DNA of 64,000 nt from Candidatus Zhuqueibacterota bacterium. GTDB lineage: Bacteria; Zhuqueibacterota; Zhuqueibacteria; Thermofontimicrobiales; Thermofontimicrobiaceae. Location of the stretch: NCBI GenBank assembly GCA_049322915.1, contig JBMOPW010000010.1, forward strand, positions 32,001 through 96,000. Direction: 5' to 3'. The notes below the pieces were generated by a model. The model searched no databases, was not told the origin of the DNA, and saw only the letters and a list, made by a program, of their open reading frames with translations. Position numbers and translations under genes: made by a program. This document shows positions 9,391 to 21,900 of the stretch, piece by piece. Each line of letters starts with the position of its first letter. The stretch's first letter is position 1.

Positions 9391-12300
9391 GTATGGAGAA
9401 CATTGAGGATATCTATCCGCTTTCACCCATGCAGCAGGGAATGCTATTTCATAGTATTTATGCGCCAGAATCCGGTGAATACATTGAACAGATGAGTTGC
9501 AAAATAGACGGACAGTTAGATGTCACGGCATTTGAACGGGCATGGCAGGAGGTATTGAACCGACATACAATTTTACGAACGGCTTTTGTGTGGGAAGACC
9601 TGGATGAACCTTTGCAGGTGGTTCAGTCCGGACTGGAACTGAAAGTGAATCAATTGGGTTGGCGCACAATGGCCGAGGCTGAAATTGCCGAACGCCTGCA
9701 CCAGTTCCTCGAAACCGACCGCAAACAAGGCTTTGATCTGTCAGAAGCGCCGTTGATGCGCGTGACGCTGATTCAACGGTCGGATGATGTTTTTCAATTT
9801 GTGTGGACGCATCATCATCTGTTATTGGATGGATGGTCGGTGCCTCTGTTGCTTGGGGAAGTCTTCGCGTTCTACGATGGATTTCATACCGGTCAGCCGG
9901 TGAATCGCGCAACCAGCCGACCGTATCGCGATTACATCGCCTGGTTGCAGCAGCAGGATCTGTCCCGGGCAGAGGCCTACTGGCGCGAACGACTGAGCGG
10001 ATTCGTCGCTCCCACCAGTCCGGCGCTGGACGTTCGCTCCGATGGCCCGGAATCCGATGAAGACTATTGTCTGGAGCAGGACAGGCTCTCCGAGACGGTG
10101 ACAGATGCGCTTCAGAATTTATCGCGGACGCACCAGATCACGCTGAATACGTTCATGCAGGGCGCCTGGGCGCTGCTGCTGAGCCATTACAGCGGGGAAG
10201 ATGACGTGGTGTTCGGGATGACCGTCTCCGGCCGACCGCCGGAACTGCTGGACTCGGTCAGCATGCTGGGTATCTTCATCAACACGCTGCCAATTCGCGC
10301 ACTGGTGACGCCGGAGTCGAAGCTGCTGCCGTGGTTGAATGAGTTGCAGAAACAGCAGAGCGAGCTGCGCCAGTTCGAATACAGCGCCCTGACACAGATT
10401 CAGGGGTGGAGCCAGGTGCCGCGCGAACTGCCTCTGTTCGAAAGCATTTTCGTCTTTGAAAATTATCCGGTGGAAGAAGCGATGAAGGAGGACAACTCCA
10501 GCGTCCATATCACGGACGTGGAATCGTTCACCCGGACCAATTTGCCAATCACGGTCTCGGTTTCGCCCGGGAAACGGGTGGGCATTGAAATTTTATACGA
10601 CCACACGCGATTCAGCACCGCGGCCATCAAACGGCTGATGGGTCACATGAAGCATCTGCTGGGCGAAATGGCAGCCAATCCCAATCGCGCGCTATCCAGC
10701 CTGTCCGTTTTGACGGACGCTGAGAAAAAGCAGCTTCTGGTGGACTGGAATAATACAGATACAAAGCTGCCTGACGTGCAGTGCGTTCACCAATGGATCG
10801 AGCAGCAGGTGGAAAAAACTCCCAACGCCATCGCGGTGACCTGTTCCGGGGAGCATCTGACCTATCAGGAATTGAATGAAAGAGCCAATCAATTGGCGCA
10901 CTACCTGATCGGTCTGGGCGTTGGCCCGGAGGTGATGGTCGGAGTGATGATGGAACATTCGCTCGGCATGATGGTCGGGCTCCTGGGAATCCTCAAAGCC
11001 AGCGGCGCGTACGTGCCCATGGATCCGTATTATCCCAAAGATCGCATTGAATATATTTTGACTGATTCGCGAATCCCTGTGCTATTGACCCAGCGGAAAC
11101 TGCTGGAACTATTGCCGGAAACAGGCGTGCGAATTTTGCAACTGGACGAAGAGTGGGACTCCGTGAGCCGGGAAGCACGAACATCACCAGCCGTTTCCGT
11201 GAACCGCGAAAACCTGGTCTATATGATTTACACGTCCGGCTCGACTGGCAAACCCAAGGGAACGTTGATCACTCACCGCGGTCTGATCAATTATTTGCAC
11301 TGGTGCCTGGCCAATTACCCCATCGAGGCCGGAAGCGGCTCTCTGGTTCATTCATCCCTGGCATTCGACGCAACGGTGACCGGGCTGTTTGCGCCGCTTC
11401 TCACCGGCCGCACTGTCACCCTGGTGTCCGAGACAAAGGACGTCGAGATTTTGAGCAGCATGTTGCAGTCGACGGACAATTACAGTCTCATCAAAATTAC
11501 GCCGGCGCATCTGGAATTATTGGGCCAGCAACTGGAAGCGGACGCAGCAAAGGACAAAACCCGGGCATTCATCATTGGCGGTGAAAATCTCACCTCTGAG
11601 CATATCGAGTTCTGGAAAAAGCATGCCCCGGAGACCCGGTTGATCAACGAATACGGCCCCACGGAGACCGTTGTCGGGTGTATGAATTACGTCGCTGATC
11701 CGCGGAACGGGCGCCGCGGTTCCATTCCCATTGGATACCCGATCTGCAACACGAAAATCTACCTGCTGGACTCGCAGTTACAGCCGGTCCCGATCGGCGT
11801 TCCTGGCGAGCTGTATATTGGCGGTGAAGGCGTGGCGCGCGGTTATCACAATCGCCCGGACCTCACAGCAGCGCGGTTCATCCCTTCTCCGTTCAGCAAC
11901 AAGCCCGGCGCGCGGTTGTACCGGAGCGGCGATCTGGCGCGTTATCTGGGAAATGGGAATATCGAGTTTCTAGGTCGAATCGACCATCAGGTGAAGATTC
12001 GCGGCTTCCGCATCGAATTGGGTGAAATCGAGGAAAATCTGAACCAGCATCCGGCCGTTCAGAATGCTGTGGCGCTGGTGCGGGAAGACAAACCCGGGGA
12101 CAAGCGACTGGTCGCGTATTTTGTGCCCAATCGGAGCGCCGAAGCATCGCCGTCGACGAACGAATTGCGCGACTTCCTCGCCGCGAGATTGCCGCATTAC
12201 ATGATTCCTAATTTCTTCGTGATGCTGGAAAACATGCCGCTCACTTCCAATGGAAAAGTGAACCGCAAAGCGCTGCCGGCGCCGGAGCTGGATCGTTCCG

Positions 12301-15300
12301 GCGGTATGGAATTTATCGCGCCGCGCACACCGACCGAAGAACTGATGGCGCAAATCTGGGCCGAAGTTCTGGGAATCGAACAGGTCGGCATTTACGATAA
12401 CTTTTTCGAATTGGGCGGTCATTCGCTCATCGGTATGAAATTGCAAAGCCGCGTCCAGGATGCCTTCCAGATGAAGTTGCCGTTGAGCAGCATTTTCCAG
12501 GCGCCGACGGTGGCTGAATTGGCGCAGCGCATTGACAGCGAAAAGACAACCGCGGCGCGCACCGATGCGCCGCCCATCGTCCCGGTCAGCAGAGACCAGC
12601 AGTTGCCGTTGTCCTTTGCCCAGCATCGGCTGTGGTTCCTCGATCAATTGGAGCCGAACAGCGCGTTTTACAATATCCCCACAGCGTTGCGCTTCAAAGG
12701 AAAATTGAATGTCCCGGCGCTGGAAAAAAGTTTCGCCGGGATCATCACCCGGCACGAGTCGCTGCGCACGACGTTTCAGGCATTCGATGGAAAACCATTC
12801 CAGGTGATTGCAGCGGAACTGCCGCCTCCTGTCGAGCACATCGATTTTCGTCATCATCCGGAATCCGAGAAAGAGGATCTCCTTCACAAGTTGGTGTACA
12901 AAGAAGCGCAGACGCCGTTCGATCTGAGCGCCGGTCCGCTGGTGCGCATGAAAATCGCTCAGTTGAGCGAGGATGAATTTGCCATCCTGGTCACCATGCA
13001 TCACATCATTTCGGATGGCTGGTCCATCACTGTCTTCATTCAGGAAATGGCCGCGCTCTACGAGGCGTTCAGCGCCGGGGGCGAATCGCCGCTGCCGTCG
13101 CTTACTATCCAATATCCTGATTTCGCACACTGGCAGCGACAATGGCTGCAAGGGGCTGTGCTGGATGCGCAGATTTCCTTCTGGAAAGAACAACTGGCCG
13201 GGTGCCCGCCGATTCTGGAATTGCCAACGGATCGTCCGCGGCCGGCCGTGCAAAGCTTCAATGGCGCCACGCTCAGTCAATTCCTGTCCGGCGCAACTCT
13301 CGATGCATTGAAAAAACTGAGCAGGGAACAAGGCTGCACCCTGTTCATCACGCTGCTGGCAGCGTTCAAAACATTGCTGCACCGCTACAGCGGCCAGACC
13401 GATATTTGCGTGGGAACGCCCATTGCCAGTCGCAACAATGTGGAAACTGAAAAGCTGATTGGCTTCTTCGTCAACACGCTGGTGATGCGATCCGACCTGT
13501 CAGACGATCCTACATTCCTGGAATTCATGCGCCACGTGCGCGAGACTGCGCTGGACGCCTACGCCCATCAGGATGTGCCATTCGAGACTGTTGTGGAAGC
13601 AGTTCAGCCGGAGCGCAACATGAGCCATTCGCCGTTATTCCAGGTGATGTTCGTGCTCCAGGAAGCGCGAAAGGCCAGCATGGAACTGTCTGATGTAACC
13701 ATCACTGCGCTGCAAACCGACAGCGGCAATGCGAAATTCGATTTGACCCTGGAAGTGCTGGAAGGCGCTGATCAGATGGAATTGTCGTTCGAATACAATA
13801 CCGATTTATTCAATGCCGAGACCATTGAACGTATGGCCGCGCATTTTGCTCATCTGGTGGAATCCATCGTCGCCGATCCGGAGCAGCGGCTCTCAGCGCT
13901 GCCGATTTTATCCGAAGCTGAGAAACACCGCATGTTGATCGAGTGGAACCAAACAGCCGCAGCGTATCCGGATCAGAGCTGCGTTCACGAGGTATTCCAG
14001 CAACTGGCCGGGACCAATCCCGATGCCGTTGCAGCAACCTACGAAGCCGCGTCGCTGACCTACGGGGAACTGAATAAGAAAGCCAATCAATTGGCGCGCA
14101 ATCTGCTGGCCAGCGGACTGAAGCCCGAACAGTTCGTGGGCATTTGCATGGAACGGTCGCTAGATATGGTGGTCGGCATTCTGGCCACGTTGAAAGCCGG
14201 CGGTGCGTTTGTGCCGCTCGATCCGGCCTATCCCTCGGAACGGCTGGCGTACATGATTTCGGATTCCCGGTTGACCATTTTACTGAGCCAGGAAAGGCTC
14301 AAACCTGCGCTGCCAGAGAATAGCGCCCGCACAATTTTTCTGGACAGCCAAGGCGCGGAGGTCTTTCAGGGCGACGATTCGAATGTGAACCTCCCCATTG
14401 TCCCGGAAAATCTGGCCTACATGATTTATACATCCGGTTCCACCGGCAAACCCAAAGGAACCATGTTGCAGCACCGCGGTATGTGCAATCTGGCCCAAGC
14501 CCAGCAACGGGCATTCGATGTCACGATTGGCAGCCGCATCTTACAATTCTCGTCGCTGAGTTTCGATGCATCCGTCTGGGAAACCGTGATGGCGTTGCTG
14601 AACGGCAGCACGCTCTGCCTCACCCAGCGCGAACATCTGGCTTCAGGCCAGGCGTTGTGGCAGGTGCTGCGCGAAGAGAAAATCAACACTGTGACGCTGC
14701 CGCCGTCCGTCGCTGTCATTATCCCGGACGAGCCCCTGCCGGATTTGAAAGTCATCATTACGGCAGGCGAAAAATGCACGGCGGAGCTGGTTTCAAAATG
14801 GTCGAATAATGGCAGAAAATTTTTCAACGCCTATGGCCCAACGGAAACAACCGTGTGCGCTTCCATGCTGCACGTTGCCAGGCATTATCGCCAGGGCCCG
14901 CCCATTGGACGGCCGATTCACAATTTCCAGCTCTACATTCTCGATCCGAAATTGAATCCGACGCCGGTCGGCGTGGCCGGGGAATTGCACATCGGCGGTG
15001 TGGGATTGGCGCGCGGTTATTTCAATCGGCCGGATTTGACAGCCGAAAAATTTATCGCGGATCCTTTCAACAGGACTCCCGGTGCGCGGATGTACAAGAG
15101 CGGCGATCTGGCGCGCTTCCTGCCTGATGGCAATATCGAATTCCTGGGTCGAATCGATCACCAGGTGAAAGTCCGCGGCTTCCGCATTGAATTGGGTGAA
15201 ATAGAAGCGGTCCTCGCCGCCCATCCGGACATCACCGATGTGGTTGTGCTGGTGCGGGAAGATATGCCCGGGGACAAGCGGCTGGTGGCCTATCTCGTCG

Positions 15301-15800
15301 TTGGCCAGGGCAAAGACCTGACCGTCGGCGATTTGCGAGGCTACCTGCGCGAGCGGCTGCCGGATTATATGATTCCTTCAGCATTCATGATTTTGAATGA
15401 ATTCCCATTGACGCCCAATGGCAAAGTCGACCGCAAAGCGCTGCCGGCTCCGGACCAGTCCCGTCCGGAATTAGGCAGCGAATATGTCGCGCCGGGCACG
15501 GAGCACGAGATAAAGCTAGCGGCTATTGTCGCGGAATTGCTCAAAGTGGAAAAAGTGGGCATACATGATAATTTCTTTGATCTGGGCGGGCATTCGCTTC
15601 TGGCCACGCAATTCATCTCCCGAACGCGGGATGCGTTCCAGGTGGAATTGCCTCTGCGAAGCCTGTTCGAAAAACCGACCGTCGCCGGTCTGGTCGAAGA
15701 AATTGAGAAGGTCAAATTAGCCGGGCCGGTGCAGGCTGGACCATCGATTAAGCGGGTGGCTCGGGACGCGCATCGCGTGAAACTATCGGAATTGAACTGA
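9387..15800 (+). CDS. NRPS 2: C(DCL-type)-A-T-C-A-T (modules 3-4)
   Basis: N-terminal IEDIYPLSPMQQGMLFH and HHLLLDGWS are typical of a C domain following an E domain. Second C motif HHIISDGWS; two A domains; two GGHSL T domains. ATGA overlap with the NRPS 1 stop. Confidence 0.97.
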   Translation: MSMENIEDIYPLSPMQQGMLFHSIYAPESGEYIEQMSCKIDGQLDVTAFERAWQEVLNRHTILRTAFVWEDLDEPLQVVQSGLELKVNQLGWRTMAEAEIAERLHQFLETDRKQGFDLSEAPLMRVTLIQRSDDVFQFVWTHHHLLLDGWSVPLLLGEVFAFYDGFHTGQPVNRATSRPYRDYIAWLQQQDLSRAEAYWRERLSGFVAPTSPALDVRSDGPESDEDYCLEQDRLSETVTDALQNLSRTHQITLNTFMQGAWALLLSHYSGEDDVVFGMTVSGRPPELLDSVSMLGIFINTLPIRALVTPESKLLPWLNELQKQQSELRQFEYSALTQIQGWSQVPRELPLFESIFVFENYPVEEAMKEDNSSVHITDVESFTRTNLPITVSVSPGKRVGIEILYDHTRFSTAAIKRLMGHMKHLLGEMAANPNRALSSLSVLTDAEKKQLLVDWNNTDTKLPDVQCVHQWIEQQVEKTPNAIAVTCSGEHLTYQELNERANQLAHYLIGLGVGPEVMVGVMMEHSLGMMVGLLGILKASGAYVPMDPYYPKDRIEYILTDSRIPVLLTQRKLLELLPETGVRILQLDEEWDSVSREARTSPAVSVNRENLVYMIYTSGSTGKPKGTLITHRGLINYLHWCLANYPIEAGSGSLVHSSLAFDATVTGLFAPLLTGRTVTLVSETKDVEILSSMLQSTDNYSLIKITPAHLELLGQQLEADAAKDKTRAFIIGGENLTSEHIEFWKKHAPETRLINEYGPTETVVGCMNYVADPRNGRRGSIPIGYPICNTKIYLLDSQLQPVPIGVPGELYIGGEGVARGYHNRPDLTAARFIPSPFSNKPGARLYRSGDLARYLGNGNIEFLGRIDHQVKIRGFRIELGEIEENLNQHPAVQNAVALVREDKPGDKRLVAYFVPNRSAEASPSTNELRDFLAARLPHYMIPNFFVMLENMPLTSNGKVNRKALPAPELDRSGGMEFIAPRTPTEELMAQIWAEVLGIEQVGIYDNFFELGGHSLIGMKLQSRVQDAFQMKLPLSSIFQAPTVAELAQRIDSEKTTAARTDAPPIVPVSRDQQLPLSFAQHRLWFLDQLEPNSAFYNIPTALRFKGKLNVPALEKSFAGIITRHESLRTTFQAFDGKPFQVIAAELPPPVEHIDFRHHPESEKEDLLHKLVYKEAQTPFDLSAGPLVRMKIAQLSEDEFAILVTMHHIISDGWSITVFIQEMAALYEAFSAGGESPLPSLTIQYPDFAHWQRQWLQGAVLDAQISFWKEQLAGCPPILELPTDRPRPAVQSFNGATLSQFLSGATLDALKKLSREQGCTLFITLLAAFKTLLHRYSGQTDICVGTPIASRNNVETEKLIGFFVNTLVMRSDLSDDPTFLEFMRHVRETALDAYAHQDVPFETVVEAVQPERNMSHSPLFQVMFVLQEARKASMELSDVTITALQTDSGNAKFDLTLEVLEGADQMELSFEYNTDLFNAETIERMAAHFAHLVESIVADPEQRLSALPILSEAEKHRMLIEWNQTAAAYPDQSCVHEVFQQLAGTNPDAVAATYEAASLTYGELNKKANQLARNLLASGLKPEQFVGICMERSLDMVVGILATLKAGGAFVPLDPAYPSERLAYMISDSRLTILLSQERLKPALPENSARTIFLDSQGAEVFQGDDSNVNLPIVPENLAYMIYTSGSTGKPKGTMLQHRGMCNLAQAQQRAFDVTIGSRILQFSSLSFDASVWETVMALLNGSTLCLTQREHLASGQALWQVLREEKINTVTLPPSVAVIIPDEPLPDLKVIITAGEKCTAELVSKWSNNGRKFFNAYGPTETTVCASMLHVARHYRQGPPIGRPIHNFQLYILDPKLNPTPVGVAGELHIGGVGLARGYFNRPDLTAEKFIADPFNRTPGARMYKSGDLARFLPDGNIEFLGRIDHQVKVRGFRIELGEIEAVLAAHPDITDVVVLVREDMPGDKRLVAYLVVGQGKDLTVGDLRGYLRERLPDYMIPSAFMILNEFPLTPNGKVDRKALPAPDQSRPELGSEYVAPGTEHEIKLAAIVAELLKVEKVGIHDNFFDLGGHSLLATQFISRTRDAFQVELPLRSLFEKPTVAGLVEEIEKVKLAGPVQAGPSIKRVARDAHRVKLSELN

Positions 15801-15953
15801 TCGACGCATGGGACTTCTGATTTGGCGATTTGCGCGATGACTATGATGAAAATAGAAATGAAGTCCTCATCGGATAAAAGATGGATCAGCGGCAAGAGCC
15901 AGGGCTGCTGAATTTCGTAGCACGCATACTCCAAAAGGTGACTGGAAAATACG

Positions 15954-18900
15954 ATGACAGAGCAGATGTACCAGAAATATGAAGAGGATGTGTTTGTATT
16001 TCCTGCTTCGTACGCGCAGCAGCGATTATGGTTTTTGGATCAATTTGAGCCGAACAGCCCTTTTTACAACATTCCTTCAGCCATTCGGTTCAAGGGCGAA
16101 TTGAATAGTGAGGCGCTGGAAAAGGGCATTCAGGAGATCGTTGCCCGACACGAGACATTGCGAACAACCTTTGCCGCCGTGGGTGGAAAACCGATGCAGG
16201 TCATCCACCCGACGCTGACGCTGCCGGTGACGCGCATCGATTTGCGCCGCAATGCCGAGGCTGAACGACTGGACAGAGCCGCGCAGTTGGCGCGGGAAGA
16301 GGCGAGACGGCCGTTCAATCTCTCAACCGGGCCCCTTGTTCGCGTGACGCTGCTGGAGTTGGATGACAATGACCATGTCGTACTGTTGACCATGCATCAT
16401 ATCATTTCCGACGGTTGGTCCATGGGCGTGCTGATTCGGGAAATGGCCATTCTGTACAATGCGTTTTCTCACGACCGACCTTCGCCATTGCCGGAACTGG
16501 AGATACAATACGCCGACTACGCTGAATGGCAGCAGCAATATCTCACCGGCGACGTGCTGGAAAATCAATTGAATTATTGGAAACAGCAGTTGGGCGATGG
16601 GCTGTCCGTGCTGGAACTTCCGACCGATCGGCCCCGTCCTCTGGTTCAATCATCCCGCGGCTCGGTCGAGACGCTGCTGATTCCGAAATCCGTGAATGAC
16701 CGGTTGAATGAATTGGCCAAAAAGCACGGCGCCACGCTGTTCATGTCGCTGCTGGCCGGCTTTCAGGTCCTGCTCTATCGCTATAGCGGGCAGCAGGACT
16801 TCTGCATCGGATCCCCCATTGCCAATCGCAATCGCTCGGAGATCGAAGGGCTCATCGGATTTTTCGTGAACACCATTGTCCTGCGGTCTCGCGTGAGCGC
16901 GGAGATGAGTTACACTGAATTGCTGAAATTGGCCAAAGAAACAACGCTGGGCGCCTATGCGCATCAGGATGTGCCGTTCGAAAAACTTGTGGAAGCCTTG
17001 CAGCCGGAACGGGATACCAGTCACACCCCGCTGTTTCAGGTGATGTTTTCGCTCCAGAACACATCCACCGATGTGAACGTGGCAATGCCACAGGTGCATC
17101 TGAGCACGCTGGACGTTGACGCCGGCACAGCCACGTTCGATATTTCCCTGCTGATGGCCGAAGAAGCTGCCGGCCTGAGCGCCTCCATTGAGTACAATAC
17201 CGACCTGTTCGACGCGGCGACTATTCAGCGCATGCTCAATCATTTTCACATCATCCTGCAGACAGCAGTGGATCAGCCTGAATTGTCCCTGTCCAAAATA
17301 AATCTGCTCACTTCGGAAGAACAGCGGCAGATACTCAAAACGTGGAATCAAACCGAGGAAACATTCACCGGACCCTTCACCCTGCACGAGCGGTTAGAAC
17401 ACCAGGCAGCGCGAACTCCGGAATCGGTTGCGGTGATTTACGAATCAGAACACCTGACGTACAAAGAATTGAATGAAAGAGCTAACAGGTTCGCGCGTTA
17501 TTTGCAGACCCTGGGCGCTGCGCCGGAGACTGTTGTCGGCGTCAGCGTGGAACGGTCGCTGAATATGGTTGTGGCCCTGTTCGGGATACTTAAAACCGGG
17601 GCGGCCTATTTGCCGCTGGATCCCAACTATCCCCGAGAACGTCTGGCCCTGATGCTGGAAGACTCCGGCGCGCCCATCCTTGTGACGCAGAAGCATTTGT
17701 ACGAGCAATTCGCGGACGTCACCTGTCAGGTTGTGTGCATTGATGCGGCATTGAATAAATTCGCCGATCTGGATGCGTCGGATCTGAATATCCCGGTCGA
17801 TCCGAAGAACATGGCCTATTGCATTTATACGTCCGGCTCAACCGGCAAGCCCAAAGGCGTCATGCTCACTCACAGTTCGGCGGTGAATCATAATTTTTCC
17901 ATCAGCCAGCTTTTCAGACTCAGTCCGGATGACCATGTCCTGCAATTCGCCACGATTAATTTTGATGCGGCGGTAGAGGAAATTTTCCCGACACTGGCCA
18001 TCGGCGCCACGCTTGTAGTGCGTAACAATGACATCCTGATTTCCGGAGCGGATCTGCTCCGACTCATCGATAAAGAGCGACTGACTGTGCTGGATCTGCC
18101 CACCGCCTACTGGCACGAGTGGGTGACGGAACTCGCTCGTTCCAAAATAACGCTGCCGGAATCGCTGCGACTGGTCATCCTGGGCGGGGACAAAGCGTCG
18201 CCGGAGCGATTTCTCACCTGGAAAAAATTGGGCGGAAATCGAGTCAGCCTGGTGAACACCTACGGCCCTACGGAGACCACGGTGGTGTCCACAATGTACG
18301 AACCGTGCGCTGCGGAAAATAACACAACTGATCTGATTGAATTGCCGATTGGCCGTCCCATTGCCAATACAAAAATTTACATTCTGGATGCCTCGATGCA
18401 GCCCGTCCCGGTGGGTGTCCCCGGTGAACTGTACATTGGCGGTCACGGTCTGGCGCGCGGTTATTTGCAACGCCCGGAACTGACGGCTGAAAAGTTTGTC
18501 CCTGATCCATTCAGCAACAATGTCGGCGCGCGTCTCTACCGAACCGGCGATCTGGTGAGGTACCGTCCCGATGGCATGATCGAGTTTTCGGGCCGCGTCG
18601 ATTTTCAATTGAAAATTCGCGGTTTCCGCGTTGAGATCGGAGAGGTGGAATCCGCGCTCCGAAAGAACACCCGCATTCAGGACGTTGCCGTCATCGCCAC
18701 AGCCGGAGAGACAGCATCCAGCGAGAAACGGCTGGTGGCCTATTGCGCATGCCTGCCGGAAGATGAAGTGACGCCGTCTGAACTACGCGATTTTCTCAAA
18801 GCGCATTTGCCTGAATACATGATCCCGTCGCTGTTCGTCATGATGGAAGAATTGCCAAAGACGCCGAACGGAAAACTGGATCGCAAGGCCCTGCCGGATC

Positions 18901-21900
18901 CAACCGGGGAGCGGCAGAATTTAGTCCAGGAATTTATTGCCCCGCGCAACGAGACCGAAGCGAAACTGGCAGCAATCTGGAGAGAAATTCTCGGCATTGA
19001 AAAAGTCGGGGTGCTGGATAATTTCTTCGAAATCGGGGGGCATTCGCTGCTGGCGACCCAGGTGATGTCGCGCATTCGGGAGACATTCCAAAAAGAGTTG
19101 CCGTTGCGTTCGATTTTCGAAGATGCCACAATCGCCGGCCTGGCCAGGTTAATTGCCCTGGTGAAAACGGACGAACCTGGTTTCACAGCTCCGCCGATTG
19201 TCCCTGTGTCGCGGGATAGCGACCTGCTGCTTTCATTTTCCCAGCAACGCCTGTGGTTCCTGGATCAATTGGAGCCGGGCAGCGCTGCCTACAACATCCC
19301 GACCGCCGTGAAAGTCCATGGCGCCCTGGATAAAACTGTGTTCCACAAATGTCTGAAGTATCTGGTTCAGCGACATGAGGGATTGCGCACGAATTTCAGA
19401 GAAGTCGCCGGACGTCCGGTGCAGGTGATTGCGGAGTCGCTGGATATCCAGATGCCGGAGATCGATATCCGCCATATTCCGGCGGAGGAAAGGGAAACGG
19501 AAATTCTGCGACTGGCCGATGAAGATGCCCGAAAGCCATTCAACCTCAGCGCAGATCCGCTGGTGCGGGTGACGCTCATTCGCGCTGACGAGGAAGAATA
19601 CGTCGTCTCCGTGACCATGCACCACATTATTTCCGATGAATGGTCCACCAATATTCTCATCCAGGAAATCGCTCAGTTGTATGATGCGTTCGCGCTGGAT
19701 CGCCCGTCGCCGTTGCCTGAATTAACCATTCAGTACGCGGATTATGCGCACTGGCAGCAAAATTGGCTGAGGGGAGAAGTGCTCCAGACGCAATTGGATT
19801 ATTGGAAAAATCAATTGGCCGGGAGTCCGCCGGTCCTGGAATTACCAATGGATCATCCGCGGCCTGCTGTTCAGACGTTCAATGGTTCCTTTATTTCGTT
19901 TGAACTGGAACAGGAGTTGAGCGCGGGGATCATTGAATTGAGCGAACGTTCCGGCGCGACCCTGTTCATGACGCTGTTGGCTGCGTTCCAGACATTTCTA
20001 TTTCGCTACAGCGGCCAGAAGGATATCGTCGTTGGTACGCCCATCGCCAATCGCACCCGTGTTGAAACGGAGAGCATCATCGGTTTCTTCATCAACACCC
20101 TGGTGCTGCGGACCGATTTATCCGGGGACCCGACGTTCCGCGATGTGTTGCAGCGCGTTCGCGAAGTGGCGTTAGGTTCCTATGCGCATCAGGATGTACC
20201 GTTCGAAAAGCTGGTGGATGTGCTCAAACCCGAGCGCGAACTCAGCCATTCCCCGCTCTTCCAGGTGATGTTTGTCCTGCAAAATACGCCGTCGCGGAGT
20301 CATGAGACAAATACCGGTCTGCTGCTGAGTCCGATTGAATCGCACAGCGGCACAGCCAAATTCGACCTGACCCTGTTCATGGTGGAGCAGGACAACAGGC
20401 TGTTCGGCACGCTGGAGTTCAACACCGACCTGTTCGAAGAATCCACGATCCTGAGGATGTCGAGACATTTTGAAAATTTGTTGCGCAGCATTGCTTTCAA
20501 TCCGGATCTGGCTATTTCCACTCTGCCGCTGCTCTCTGAGTCTGAAATCCAACGGGCAGTTATTGAATGGAATGCGACAAAGCAGGATTACCCCGGGGAT
20601 AAATTTTTGGTTCAGGCGTTCGAAACCCAGGTGAAGAAAATCCCGACAGAGATCGCCGTCCGGTATCAGGGACAGGAACTCAGCTACGCGGCGCTGAATG
20701 AGCAGGCCAATCAATTGGCGTATTACCTGATGAAGCAGGGCATCGGGCCAGAAGTCATGGTGGGCGTCGAGATTGAGCGCTCCCTGGAGATGATGGTCGC
20801 TCTGCTGGGCATTCTGAAAGCCGGCGGCGCTTATGTGCCCATCGATCCGTCCTATCCCAAAGAGCGTGTCGATTACATCCTGTCCGATTCCGGCATCCCG
20901 ATAATATTGACCCAGAGTAAACTGATGCCTTCTCTGCCGCAGACGCAGGTGCATCTTGTGCAAATGGACGTTGATTGGGATCTGATTCGAAATGAAAAAC
21001 GGACGAATCCTTGCGTCACGATCGGCGGCGAAAATCTGGCCTACATGATTTACACATCCGGCTCCACCGGCAAACCCAAAGGCACGTTGATTACTCACCG
21101 CGGTTTGACCAATTATTTGAATTGGTGTCTGAGCGAATATCCCATTCGTGACGGCGTCGGATCCCTGGTGCATTCATCGCTGGCCTTCGATGCCACTGTG
21201 ACCGGATTGTTCGCGCCGCTATTGGTCGGCCGCACAGTGACGCTGGTGCCGGAGACAAAGGACGTTGAAATTGTCGGCTCGATTCTGAAGGAAAGCGAAA
21301 ATTACAGCATCATCAAAATAACGCCGGCGCATCTGGAATTGCTGGGTCAGCAACTAACGCCCGAAGAAGCGCAGGGAAAGACCAGAGCGTTCATCATTGG
21401 CGGTGAAAATCTCACTTCCGAGCATATTGAATTCTGGCGAAAAAATGCGCCGAAGACGAAGCTGATCAATGAATATGGTCCCACAGAGACTGTTGTGGGC
21501 TGCATGAATTATCTGGCGGATCCCCGGTCGAAGCGTCGCGGCTCCATTCCCATCGGTTTTCCCATCGGGAACATGCAGATTTACCTGCTGGATTCCCGAC
21601 TGGCGCCAGTACCGATTGGCGTGCCCGGGGAAATTTATATCGGTGGAGAAGGAGTGGCGCGCGGCTACCACAATCGCCCTGACCTCACAGCGGAGCGGTT
21701 CATCCCGACGCCGTTCAGCGATAAGCCCGGCGCGCGGCTTTACAAGAGTGGCGACCTGGCGCGTTACCTGCCGGACGGCAATATTGAGTTCCTGGGCCGA
21801 ATCGATCATCAGGTGAAAATCCGCGGATACCGGATTGAACTGGGCGAGATCGAAGCGGTGTTGGGCCAATTTGCCGGCGTGAAAGAAATCGTGGTTGTGG

